A stretch of 64,000 nucleotides of DNA. Source: Klebsiella phage vB_KpM_FBKp24. Below the pieces are notes generated by a model. The model was not told the DNA's origin, ran no database searches, and worked only from the letters and a program-made list of their open reading frames with translations. The stretch lies in the sequence record MW394391.1, one strand, 5' to 3'. Positions 46,488 to 55,076 of the stretch are shown here, in pieces. The translations under genes were made by a program, and so were the position numbers. Position 1 is the stretch's first letter; the number at the start of each line of letters is the position of its first letter.

Positions 46488-47903
46488 TTACTGTTTCCAG
46501 TAAGGTTTATATTTCCCGGTGGCCATTCGAATTAAGTCGTAGCTGCTCAGGAAATGTTTCTCTTCTTTGATCTCTTTAAACTGCCAGTGACCACGAGTTT
46601 CACCCAACAGTTCGTCCCAGTCATAACCCTGTTCTTTGATTTTCTCAAAGATCTCTGGCGGGGTCATTGCGTGACCTTCCAACTTCCACATGAAGTTACG
46701 AATTTGACAAAGTCCAGAGGTCAGCTCCAACGCGCGGCGAAGTTTATAATCTTCATCGATTTTGTCACGGACCGCGTTACGAGTAAATGAAACTTCTGGG
46801 TAAATAGAGAGACTGAGGTTGGTGTTGTTGCTTCCCATCCCGTAATATTTGTTGGTTTCGCGCAGATAATGCAATTGGGTCAGGTGGACCAATAACCCCT
46901 CTGCCTGGGAGAAGATCAGCTCAAAAGGCGCGCCAGATTGACCGTACTTCCCACGCAGGTTCATACAGCGAACACGAACGAGGTCTTTGTCTTCTTTGGT
47001 GCCCATTTCCCCACGCCCGTATAATGGCAGGCGGGCGCCGTCGGTTAATGGTGAACGTCCGTGGACAAACCACATGTTGTTCGGAATGAAAGTGAACTTT
47101 TCAGTGGCGTTCTTGATGGTTTTACCCGATTGGAGATCGGCCATGATTTTGTGCGGCGGTGCATTGGGATCCATGTTCGCTTTTGCACCAATGTGTGCTG
47201 TCAACATGGAGTAAAAAGAATGACGTCCATTCAGACCCGGCATCTGCATCATGATCTGGGTTTTATATCGCCCGTCGTTCATGAAGATCATGTTGTTGTC
47301 TTTCGAACCGATTTCGTTATCGCCAAATTTCTCTTCGATGGCATCGAATGACATCATTGACCAGGAATCAATCTCCTCCATTGTTGGCGGGTACATCTTG
47401 ATCAGCTGACCGTTATGATTCGGGAACGGGGTGGTAAGTTGCGGGAGTTTTGTCTTCTTATCGATCTTCATCTCGCCGTATTTCTTTCGCACATCCCAGT
47501 AATCGTTCCCCGACATCTTTAGCATATTAGTGAAGAGGAATTTTTCATTCTCTTCTAACCCGTGCGCGGAGATGTTGGGCATACGAGTAGCGCGATACCC
47601 TAGACCTTCGATATCTTTAGAGCCTTCAGTTTCGTAATAGAAACTGTTAGCTGCATCGTAATAGAGTTCCTGGGACTGTAGCATGAAGAAATCAGCCAGG
47701 GTTGATTTAAACTGGTTGTTTTCACCGACGACGGCGTTGATATTAGCAACCCCGCCATTCAAATACATTTCACCTGCTTCGCCCTGAACGTAACGTCCTG
47801 AGAAATGATCAAACAAACAATTTGTATTTAACTTCGGAGTAGAAGCGTCGGCTTTTTTATCGTCGCTCATAACACCAGCCGGGCTCAATGAAAATCCACT
47901 CAT
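46488..47903 (-). CDS. Hypothetical protein (471 aa).
   Basis: Long ORF at the head of a minus-strand block. Confidence 0.55.
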   Translation of the reverse strand: MSGFSLSPAGVMSDDKKADASTPKLNTNCLFDHFSGRYVQGEAGEMYLNGGVANINAVVGENNQFKSTLADFFMLQSQELYYDAANSFYYETEGSKDIEGLGYRATRMPNISAHGLEENEKFLFTNMLKMSGNDYWDVRKKYGEMKIDKKTKLPQLTTPFPNHNGQLIKMYPPTMEEIDSWSMMSFDAIEEKFGDNEIGSKDNNMIFMNDGRYKTQIMMQMPGLNGRHSFYSMLTAHIGAKANMDPNAPPHKIMADLQSGKTIKNATEKFTFIPNNMWFVHGRSPLTDGARLPLYGRGEMGTKEDKDLVRVRCMNLRGKYGQSGAPFELIFSQAEGLLVHLTQLHYLRETNKYYGMGSNNTNLSLSIYPEVSFTRNAVRDKIDEDYKLRRALELTSGLCQIRNFMWKLEGHAMTPPEIFEKIKEQGYDWDELLGETRGHWQFKEIKEEKHFLSSYDLIRMATGKYKPYWKQ

Positions 47904-48011
47904 CGTTGATCCTTGTTTCTGAATTAGGAATTGTCTTCATTACAATTAGGAGAGGTATTTAATTTTATGTTAAACCCTTCTACATTACACTGAGTACATA
48001 AGGTACAGATT

Positions 48012-48884
48012 ATGCCATTATCACTTGATTACCTGGCCGCCGAAAAAGACGCAATCATTGCGATGACAAAGGAGACGCCGGTTTATTCTCAACCCAGTAA
48101 TGAAGCGTTAGCTATCCAAAGAGCGGCAATGGCTGTCGTTGATAGATTTTCTGCTTTCTTAGGGAAAGTCTCTGCGCGCTTTAACAGCCCAATCGATGAA
48201 CTGAAAGATTTTAAAACTTCGCCGGTAAAACAGAGTCGTGAATATGACCTTTTAGAAAAGGCACTTAGCGATACGCCTTATACGGAACTGATGGCGCTGC
48301 GCGTCCAAGTTATCCCCGGTCTTTCCACTACCTGGCTTGAACTCCTCGACGCATGGAAAACCCCAGTTAAGTTCTCCGTTGATTTTTTTGACGATTACCT
48401 GAATCCGTTCGAGAAATTCCTGTCAGTTGCTATCACCAGCCCAGAAAAATTCACTACTGTAGGTTCCGTTAACCGAATCGGTCAGTTGGATATCGATTCG
48501 TACATCGACGCACTGACTACCGGACTGAAGGGAAACAGCAAGACTAACTTGCGCGCTTACAGCGAATGTGCCGAGCGTAACCGCGATACTCTCGTTGCGT
48601 ATAGCAAAACGCAAGAGATGGCGCTGGCTTTACACAAAGGTAATCTCGACCTTGTAAAAGGTTCGGTAGATCGGTGTGCAGATCTGTTAGCGACGCTGTC
48701 CAAACAAATCAAGGACAGTAACCTCCCTTACCGTCTGAATGCCAAAACTATCAATGATCTCACTGAAGCTGTTTTCCAGATGGCGAAAATGGCGGAACTG
48801 TACGCTGCGACATTCACTTATGTCGAGTCGCAGAAAGTGGCGATGGAAGAAACGGCGAAAAAGCTGATCGAAACAACGAAATAA
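48012..48884 (+). CDS. Hypothetical protein (290 aa).
   Basis: ORF followed by the terminator at 48891-48924. Confidence 0.55.
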   Translation: MPLSLDYLAAEKDAIIAMTKETPVYSQPSNEALAIQRAAMAVVDRFSAFLGKVSARFNSPIDELKDFKTSPVKQSREYDLLEKALSDTPYTELMALRVQVIPGLSTTWLELLDAWKTPVKFSVDFFDDYLNPFEKFLSVAITSPEKFTTVGSVNRIGQLDIDSYIDALTTGLKGNSKTNLRAYSECAERNRDTLVAYSKTQEMALALHKGNLDLVKGSVDRCADLLATLSKQIKDSNLPYRLNAKTINDLTEAVFQMAKMAELYAATFTYVESQKVAMEETAKKLIETTK

Positions 48885-48890
48885 ACCATA

Positions 48891-48924
48891 AGAGAATGAG
48901 AGAGGTTTCCCTCTCTCATTCTCT
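48891..48924. terminator. Bidirectional terminator AGAGAATGAGAGAGG-ttt-CCCTCTCTCATTCTCT.
   Basis: Between convergent genes. Confidence 0.7.
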
Positions 48925-48926
48925 CT

Positions 48927-49304
48927 TTATGGTGCAACCGATAACGTGTGTAAATTGACAATCTGTTTTAACTCTTGACGCAGTATGAAACTGCTGTCTT
49001 CCACACCGTCCTTTAGCCAGTGCGGAATCATCTCTTCAAAGTAATTGGCAACCTTTTCGCTGGGCAATTTACGAATGATCTCGCACTGCTCATCGTTCCA
49101 CAAGATTTCAGGGAGAATAGTACCTAACAATAATCCCCGAGAATCCTGCGCCAAATTAAGTCGCCGATTCATTGTGCACGCCAATCTCTGACATCCTCCA
49201 GATCGCCCGGAAAGCAACGTGTAGAATGACCCTAAGATCAGCAAACGTCTGCCCTTAGGCGTGAAGAGTTTTGGCCCTAAGGCCGCTAAGAGTAGTTTGA
49301 TCAT
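48927..49304 (-). CDS. Hypothetical protein (125 aa).
   Basis: ORF. The start could be internal. Confidence 0.35.
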   Translation of the reverse strand: MIKLLLAALGPKLFTPKGRRLLILGSFYTLLSGRSGGCQRLACTMNRRLNLAQDSRGLLLGTILPEILWNDEQCEIIRKLPSEKVANYFEEMIPHWLKDGVEDSSFILRQELKQIVNLHTLSVAP

Positions 49305-50899
49305 AGTTTACCCGTGATCTCAAAGAGGTTTGAGTTAAGTGATGCGGTAAACAACGTGTCCCCTTCTACTTCCAATAATGTAGCATATCGGAAGGCACGT
49401 GTCCCATCAGGCCAGGTGATAACACGCAATCTGAGATCTTCTGATGCCAGTGCGTTGATGGTGTTTCGAAGCGGGATATCCTGCCCCAACTTTAATTTTA
49501 CTTTAACATTGCCTTCAGTGCCGTTAGCCAGTTTATAGTTGACCGGAACAGTGATGGCTTTATTAGGCGGATCCATTGCCTCGGTAGGTTTAGTGACCGG
49601 TTTCTTTTTCCCTTCCTGGGTAGTCTGTACACAGTGTTCGGTGATATCGGTGATGACCGAATTTCCTTTACCTGTAAACGCATACCCTAGAATCGTCAAT
49701 AGGTTTTCAAAGCGGGTCAGTAAACGGAAACCGAGAAACGTCGGGCGCAGTTCTTCGATTAACGGTACTTTATCCGGCGAGCGAATAGTACTTTTTTCTG
49801 CGTCATCCCATAACACCGACTGTTTATCCTGTATTAAGCTGACATAGCGATCTGCGTTGAGAATATTTTCCAAATGCCCCAACGTCATGATTTGCGTGCC
49901 ATCATAATACCGCCGTTTAAGGAAATCCCCCAACAGCTCTAATACCGGTTCTTTCTCTTTAGCGAACAAGATAGCAACTTTTGCTGTGGCGGTGGCTTTA
50001 CCGATCATGTCCACTTCGGTGTCGTTCCCGTGGTTACCAAAGAAATAAACATGACGAGGATCGTAATCAACGGTATAATGGGTTCGGTCGGTTAACGCAT
50101 ACCACCACCGCTGCTCGAGTAAACGATTACTCGTTTTACTGTTTTGCGTATACCCTTTCCGGTCAGAGACCAGATAGACTGTTTTCCCGGGTTCATCTCG
50201 TTCAAGGATCATTCCACGGTTGGCGTTGTAATCCGCCCGTTCATTCCCGGTAAATCCGGAGTGACCCGGGATATAACCAAACAACATCCGAGATTGTCCT
50301 TCGGCGACCAGTTCATCGAAGAGCGTGGTAATCAAAACCCAAAGGTCTTTATTCTGTACCGGCTTACGTTCGGTCGTCAACCAACCATTACGTTCCCAGT
50401 TTCGCCGATTGATCAGCAAACCTTCCAGTACGTATTTGGAATCAGCGAGGATACTGACTTCTTTTGGCTGGTATTTCTTGACAATCTCCAGACTGTTCAA
50501 CATCCCCATCAGTTCGGTAAAGTTATTACTGGTCTTATACTGACCGCCGTAAGCGTCGATGAAATGCGTCGGGTTTACGGGTTTAACATTTTTGTTGTCG
50601 TCAGCATGAGTAATCCAAAAATCCCGGTCAACCTGACCAGAGAAGGAAGGATCTTTACCCGGGGGCAGCTCTACGTCCTTACAACGATGCTGGCGGCCAT
50701 CGACGTAACCGATGTTTGTGAAAGCACCTTTTGCTTTCTTAATTTTTGCTTCTTTCGAATCCGAGACCGGGAACATATAACCATGAATTCCCCAACCTGA
50801 AAGTAGCGTTTGTGTGTTACTTCCGCCATCGCAGTAAAGCACCAGACTAAAAGTGCCTTTCTCAGGGAATTCCCCTTCCCATGATTGTTCAATCGTCAT
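49301..50899 (-). CDS. RNase H (type 1) domain protein with a ~290-aa C-terminal extension (532 aa from the ATG at 50899).
   Basis: LYCDGGS, TNNFTELMGMLNSLE, ILADSKYV...W.RNGW and IPGHSGFTGNERADYNA match the RNase HI catalytic motifs (DEDD residues). The track's start at 50920 is a TTG. Confidence 0.65.
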   Translation of the reverse strand: MTIEQSWEGEFPEKGTFSLVLYCDGGSNTQTLLSGWGIHGYMFPVSDSKEAKIKKAKGAFTNIGYVDGRQHRCKDVELPPGKDPSFSGQVDRDFWITHADDNKNVKPVNPTHFIDAYGGQYKTSNNFTELMGMLNSLEIVKKYQPKEVSILADSKYVLEGLLINRRNWERNGWLTTERKPVQNKDLWVLITTLFDELVAEGQSRMLFGYIPGHSGFTGNERADYNANRGMILERDEPGKTVYLVSDRKGYTQNSKTSNRLLEQRWWYALTDRTHYTVDYDPRHVYFFGNHGNDTEVDMIGKATATAKVAILFAKEKEPVLELLGDFLKRRYYDGTQIMTLGHLENILNADRYVSLIQDKQSVLWDDAEKSTIRSPDKVPLIEELRPTFLGFRLLTRFENLLTILGYAFTGKGNSVITDITEHCVQTTQEGKKKPVTKPTEAMDPPNKAITVPVNYKLANGTEGNVKVKLKLGQDIPLRNTINALASEDLRLRVITWPDGTRAFRYATLLEVEGDTLFTASLNSNLFEITGKL

Positions 50900-50955
50900 T
50901 TCTCGAATGTCCTGTATCAAAGTGAGTTCAGAAGAATAAACCCGCGCGTAAGAAA

Positions 50956-51384
50956 TCAGGGGTGCTTCCGCTGAAATTCCTCAATGATGTGATGAGTTTG
51001 GGCATCGCAAGCGGTCGGATGTTCAGTACAAACCCGTTGGAGCTCGGCGAGCTCCAACCGTGCATCGTTCTCCCAAGCAAACTTATCCATCGTGAGCTTA
51101 TGGACATCGGTTTCGTAACGATCTCGACTGATCCCTACAGTACTAGGTTCTGCCTTTTTATCGGCCAGTTCCTTTAAGGTGATCTTGTGTATCCGGTAGA
51201 GTTCACGGTACTTCACAATACCTACTGTTGTAGTCAAACCAAGAGTAAAAATCAAAATCGTTATTATCGTACGGTAAAAATACCGCTTTCTTTTGGTCGG
51301 CGGTTCTCGTGTATTATCCAGCCGGTATTGTTCCCGGATGAAATAATACAAGTACGGTAAAAAACGCAAGAAAAAGTAATTCAC
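50956..51384 (-). CDS. Membrane protein (142 aa) with one predicted transmembrane helix and a charged C-terminal coiled-coil-like region.
   Basis: The hydrophobic stretch TIITILIFTLGLTTTVGIV is followed by a K/E-rich region. Confidence 0.45.
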   Translation of the reverse strand: MNYFFLRFLPYLYYFIREQYRLDNTREPPTKRKRYFYRTIITILIFTLGLTTTVGIVKYRELYRIHKITLKELADKKAEPSTVGISRDRYETDVHKLTMDKFAWENDARLELAELQRVCTEHPTACDAQTHHIIEEFQRKHP

Positions 51385-51442
51385 GGCGGTACCTCCGCTA
51401 GCAGGTTCTTTCCTGTTTAATAATAGTTATGGAGTAGAAACA

Positions 51443-52744
51443 ATGTTGAATGCGTATAGTTTTGTTACAATAAAAAACTTTATCAATAATGCGATTGGAC
51501 AGACAGCAAAAGTAGGTGAGCTCACCACCTACGGTGAGACCTACAGTACGGACGTAGGAACTTATTCTGTACCTGACTATACAGACGTTATCTTGAAAAC
51601 GCTCTCTGTGACTCGCGACGGTACCAAAACAGATTTAGGGCTGACCTATTACACCCAAATCCTGGAAATCTCCCAGTGGCTTTATCAGCGCAGTATCAAC
51701 GGTTTGATCACCGCCGATAGTGCTGCTTTATTACAGGCGTTAAACGCCCAGTTCAGTGACTTTGCTACCGTGAGTGAAGTTGGTAGTATTGTTAACAATG
51801 GCTCATATAATTTTCCTTCCAGCCTCCATTTGTCCTTTAGTAACGCTGGCGAGGCAAATGACCTGTATGTATGGTACGCGATCGATAACTTTTTGGTGGA
51901 ATACCCGCTCTACGAGCTGAGTGTTGTGATGCCGTTTGATGACATCGATATTCTGGTGGGCGATGCCGACACGGCTGTCAGTACAATTAACGCTATTACC
52001 CCGGTTAGCAATACTGCCAGGATCACTGCGGCCATTGCCCAGAATCCACAAACAGATATCTGGACAGGTTATTTTACCTGGGTGGCGAAAGACAACGACG
52101 AAATCACAAAACAAATCCCGATTAACGTCGTCATCTACGGATCCGCAGGGAAAAACCTCGATTACATCAAAGACGCTATTCGAGACCATATTCTGGGGAA
52201 CAGTGCTTCGGGTACAGACGTTTGGGAAATCGTCCTTCCTGACCTGTTCACGCCAACAGAATATTACGTGGTTCCGGTATGGGATCGGATCTCACTGCCT
52301 AATCAGCTGGACAGTACGGCACTCTATTCTCCGGTCTTACCGTATAAAGACTTCCTGACTTACACCGATAAGTACATGGCGGATTATGAACAGAGCCACG
52401 TCATCAATGCCGGTGAGATCGTCTTCAGTGTTTATCAGAACCTACAGTTACTGGTGTGTGGTCATGTACGAAACTATAATGTCTCGTATATCTTCTCTGA
52501 CCTTTGGCCTCGTTACGCGGCAATTCCTACGACCAGTTCTGAATTTGGTAAAATTCCCGAAGCGACCCGCAACTTTATTATTTCACTGATTGCCCTGCTG
52601 AAAACAGCGGAAACGGCGACCGGGACGTCAATTCTTCCTACCGGCTACACCCGAGCTAATCGTAACGGTACGTATTACATCACCATGACGGTTGACACGG
52701 TACAATACCTTGTTCCTATCAAATCGGGTTTCAGTAAGGACTAA
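51443..52744 (+). CDS. Hypothetical protein (433 aa).
   Basis: ORF. Confidence 0.55.
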   Translation: MLNAYSFVTIKNFINNAIGQTAKVGELTTYGETYSTDVGTYSVPDYTDVILKTLSVTRDGTKTDLGLTYYTQILEISQWLYQRSINGLITADSAALLQALNAQFSDFATVSEVGSIVNNGSYNFPSSLHLSFSNAGEANDLYVWYAIDNFLVEYPLYELSVVMPFDDIDILVGDADTAVSTINAITPVSNTARITAAIAQNPQTDIWTGYFTWVAKDNDEITKQIPINVVIYGSAGKNLDYIKDAIRDHILGNSASGTDVWEIVLPDLFTPTEYYVVPVWDRISLPNQLDSTALYSPVLPYKDFLTYTDKYMADYEQSHVINAGEIVFSVYQNLQLLVCGHVRNYNVSYIFSDLWPRYAAIPTTSSEFGKIPEATRNFIISLIALLKTAETATGTSILPTGYTRANRNGTYYITMTVDTVQYLVPIKSGFSKD

Positions 52745-52746
52745 AG

Positions 52747-53349
52747 ATGGCCAGAACACGTAATACTCCGGCACTCGGGTTAAAAGGTAGATGGTCGCTT
52801 ACCCAACCGTGGAGCGCCAATCAAACCTTAATTTATCAATGCACCGCAATTCGTTTCTTCACTGAGATGGTGGCGGAAGGGATTGATATTTTTACGGTCT
52901 ACTACGAACCAAAAGGTTTGAGTCAATCGGATTACAACGCGGACTTGGCGGCCGGTGCCGCGATGTGCGTTCTCTATTCGTCGTCGGGTAGCGTTATTAC
53001 AGTCCCTGATACGTACATCGAGAGTTTCCCAGGAATTGGAATGTCCAACTGGGGACAGGTGATCCTTTCGGCTTCTTTGGGCCCGATGCGTTTAGACCTC
53101 GACCTGACATTCTTAAAAGAGCAAACCGGGAATCTGATTTCCAACACGATCGGGGTGGTTCCAGAGATCTACATTGATCAGCTCTCCACGGTAGAAGCGA
53201 TCAGCAACACTGATGCAGACGCAATCGAGGCAGCAAGATTGTCCGCGATCACAAACCGGACAAGTACGTATGCGGAAAATCTGGCGCTCAAAAAAGAGAA
53301 TGCTAATCTTCGCTTGCAAATCCAAGCGCTGATTGCTGCGCGATCGTAA
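52747..53349 (+). CDS. Hypothetical protein (200 aa) with a C-terminal coiled-coil.
   Basis: The C-terminus AENLALKKENANLRLQIQALIAARS has a heptad pattern. It lies 3 nt after the previous gene. Confidence 0.5.
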   Translation: MARTRNTPALGLKGRWSLTQPWSANQTLIYQCTAIRFFTEMVAEGIDIFTVYYEPKGLSQSDYNADLAAGAAMCVLYSSSGSVITVPDTYIESFPGIGMSNWGQVILSASLGPMRLDLDLTFLKEQTGNLISNTIGVVPEIYIDQLSTVEAISNTDADAIEAARLSAITNRTSTYAENLALKKENANLRLQIQALIAARS

Positions 53350-53373
53350 AAAAAAAAGAAAGACAACAAGTAC

Positions 53374-53404
53374 TCCCCTTCTCCGCTAAAGCGGAGAAGG
53401 GGAG
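53374..53404. terminator. Bidirectional terminator CTCCCCTTCTCCGC-taaa-GCGGAGAAGGGGAG.
   Basis: An A9 tract lies upstream. It sits between convergent genes. Confidence 0.7.
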
Positions 53405-53423
53405 CGTGTGTCTTTATCGCCGA

Positions 53424-53675
53424 TTATTCAGCAGCAGCGGGTTCTTTATCTTCCGCATACAGCGCAGTGAGGACTTCGGCTGCCGGGTAAAACTCTTCTT
53501 CGGTCCAGCCGTCATCACCGGCTTTGGCAGCGAGAACATTTTTCCCTTCGTCCAGGGAGGATTTGATCCAGCACAGAGAATCGACGGCCATATCGATCAC
53601 GGTTTCGGCCGATACGTTGTCGGTAGTCAGAGAATTGATTTTTTCAGCGGTAGTTTCGTTCAGCGTTACTTTCAT
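53424..53675 (-). CDS. Small acidic hypothetical protein (83 aa).
   Basis: ORF following the terminator at 53374-53404. Confidence 0.4.
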   Translation of the reverse strand: MKVTLNETTAEKINSLTTDNVSAETVIDMAVDSLCWIKSSLDEGKNVLAAKAGDDGWTEEEFYPAAEVLTALYAEDKEPAAAE

Positions 53676-53782
53676 GGTAGTTTCCTGTTTAATAAGTTAA
53701 CGTGTTAATAGTCACATGTGTTTCACGGTTTGTTCAAAAGATAACCGAGTGGTTTAAAACTTGAAATTGACGGATTGGATAA

Positions 53783-54028
53783 TTAGCAGAAGGGTTTTAG
53801 CCCGGAGAAACTATTTACCTGCATTTTAAGGGCGGCGATTTCTTTTTCCAATTCCATCTCCGCATGAGTAGTTTGCACTTTCCTTCTAACCATCACGTAA
53901 TCATTGTCCTTGATCACGAGACTGGCGCGAGTGACTGTGATAATATCCTCTGGTTTCCGGTTCTCCCGTAAAAGTTGCAGTTCTTTCTTTAGCGCTTGAC
54001 GCTTCTTGATGATTTCTAAGTAGTCCAT
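53783..54028 (-). CDS. Hypothetical protein (81 aa).
   Basis: ORF. A 2-nt spacer separates it from the upstream gene. Confidence 0.35.
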   Translation of the reverse strand: MDYLEIIKKRQALKKELQLLRENRKPEDIITVTRASLVIKDNDYVMVRRKVQTTHAEMELEKEIAALKMQVNSFSGLKPFC

Positions 54029-54029
54029 T

Positions 54030-54353
54030 TTACCCCCGAGTATTGGTTTCTTCCAACCCGCTCAAAACGGTCTCCAGATCATCCAGGAACAACGTTTCAT
54101 TTCCGATATAGATCGGGAAGCTGGGTTCTACTTCGACCTTCTCAACGAGTTTGGCGAGCTCTGGCATGATCATCGGCGTATAGCCGAGAAACTTCACTAC
54201 CTTTTTCGCGGCGAGGGTCTGAACGGTTTGTTCGTAGCTCCTTACTTCAGCACGAACAGCCTGAATATAAGGTTTGTTTTCTGCGCTCAGCTCGTCACGA
54301 AGGGCCGAAAGTGCAGTGACAATTTTCCCGGCCTCAGAATCACTAAAACGCAT
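54030..54353 (-). CDS. Hypothetical protein (107 aa from the ATG at 54353).
   Basis: AAGGGA lies 7 nt upstream of the ATG at 54353. The track's longer form overlaps the 213-aa gene by 65 nt. Confidence 0.4.
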   Translation of the reverse strand: MRFSDSEAGKIVTALSALRDELSAENKPYIQAVRAEVRSYEQTVQTLAAKKVVKFLGYTPMIMPELAKLVEKVEVEPSFPIYIGNETLFLDDLETVLSGLEETNTRG

Positions 54354-54984
54354 AGCATTTCCCTTTGGTAATTTGATTGAAGTTTCCAATGACGCGGCCC
54401 GGAACAAACATAGCGTCCTTTGCGGTTTCCCGGAGAACGATACTGAAGATGGTCATCAGCTCGTACATCTGCGCCAGCGTCACGGAGTTCGGGACGGTGA
54501 AGATCAGGTTTACTGTTTCGGCAGGTAAGTCATTTTCTGCCAGCATTTGACGAAACTGATCTTCGAACTCGCTGACGTCCTTTTTATTTTTTACAAAATA
54601 GTAAACGTTTTGCGAGAAGACCTGCGCCTGACGAATTTCAATACGCACCTCCGTCAGTGCCGGCAGACTTTTAATTTCTTCCTGACAAAAGGTTTCGTAC
54701 GGCGAGTTAAAATTCTGCACCGGGAAAAACTGGTCGTCTGTGTTTGCGACGTTGTCTTCGAAACATTGGCCGATACGATCAACCATTGCCTTAAAGGGTT
54801 CAGTGCGCATCACATCCAGTAAACGTCCTCCCGAAAAACCGGAGTAGTTATTGTCAACCAGATCGTCATCGTCCAGCGCCGCTGTGCGAATAAACACAGT
54901 CTGGTGCTGAATACCGATTTCACCGGTTCGTGTCGCTTTACCGTAGCTGGTAAGACGGTCTGCCATTTTAGTAATATTTTGCAT
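54343..54984 (-). CDS. Hypothetical protein (213 aa).
   Basis: ORF. Confidence 0.5.
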   Translation of the reverse strand: MQNITKMADRLTSYGKATRTGEIGIQHQTVFIRTAALDDDDLVDNNYSGFSGGRLLDVMRTEPFKAMVDRIGQCFEDNVANTDDQFFPVQNFNSPYETFCQEEIKSLPALTEVRIEIRQAQVFSQNVYYFVKNKKDVSEFEDQFRQMLAENDLPAETVNLIFTVPNSVTLAQMYELMTIFSIVLRETAKDAMFVPGRVIGNFNQITKGKCYAF

Positions 54985-55076
54985 TTATGACTCCTGTGTC
55001 AGTGGTCTTTGTTCAATAAGGTGATATATGCACAAAAGAGACTGGAAACGACTTCCAGTCTTTCTTCGTTATTAGA

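Noticed and set aside
50144-50800. A 218-aa plus-strand ORF.
   Set aside because: It lies antisense inside the RNase H-domain gene, which has recognisable catalytic motifs.
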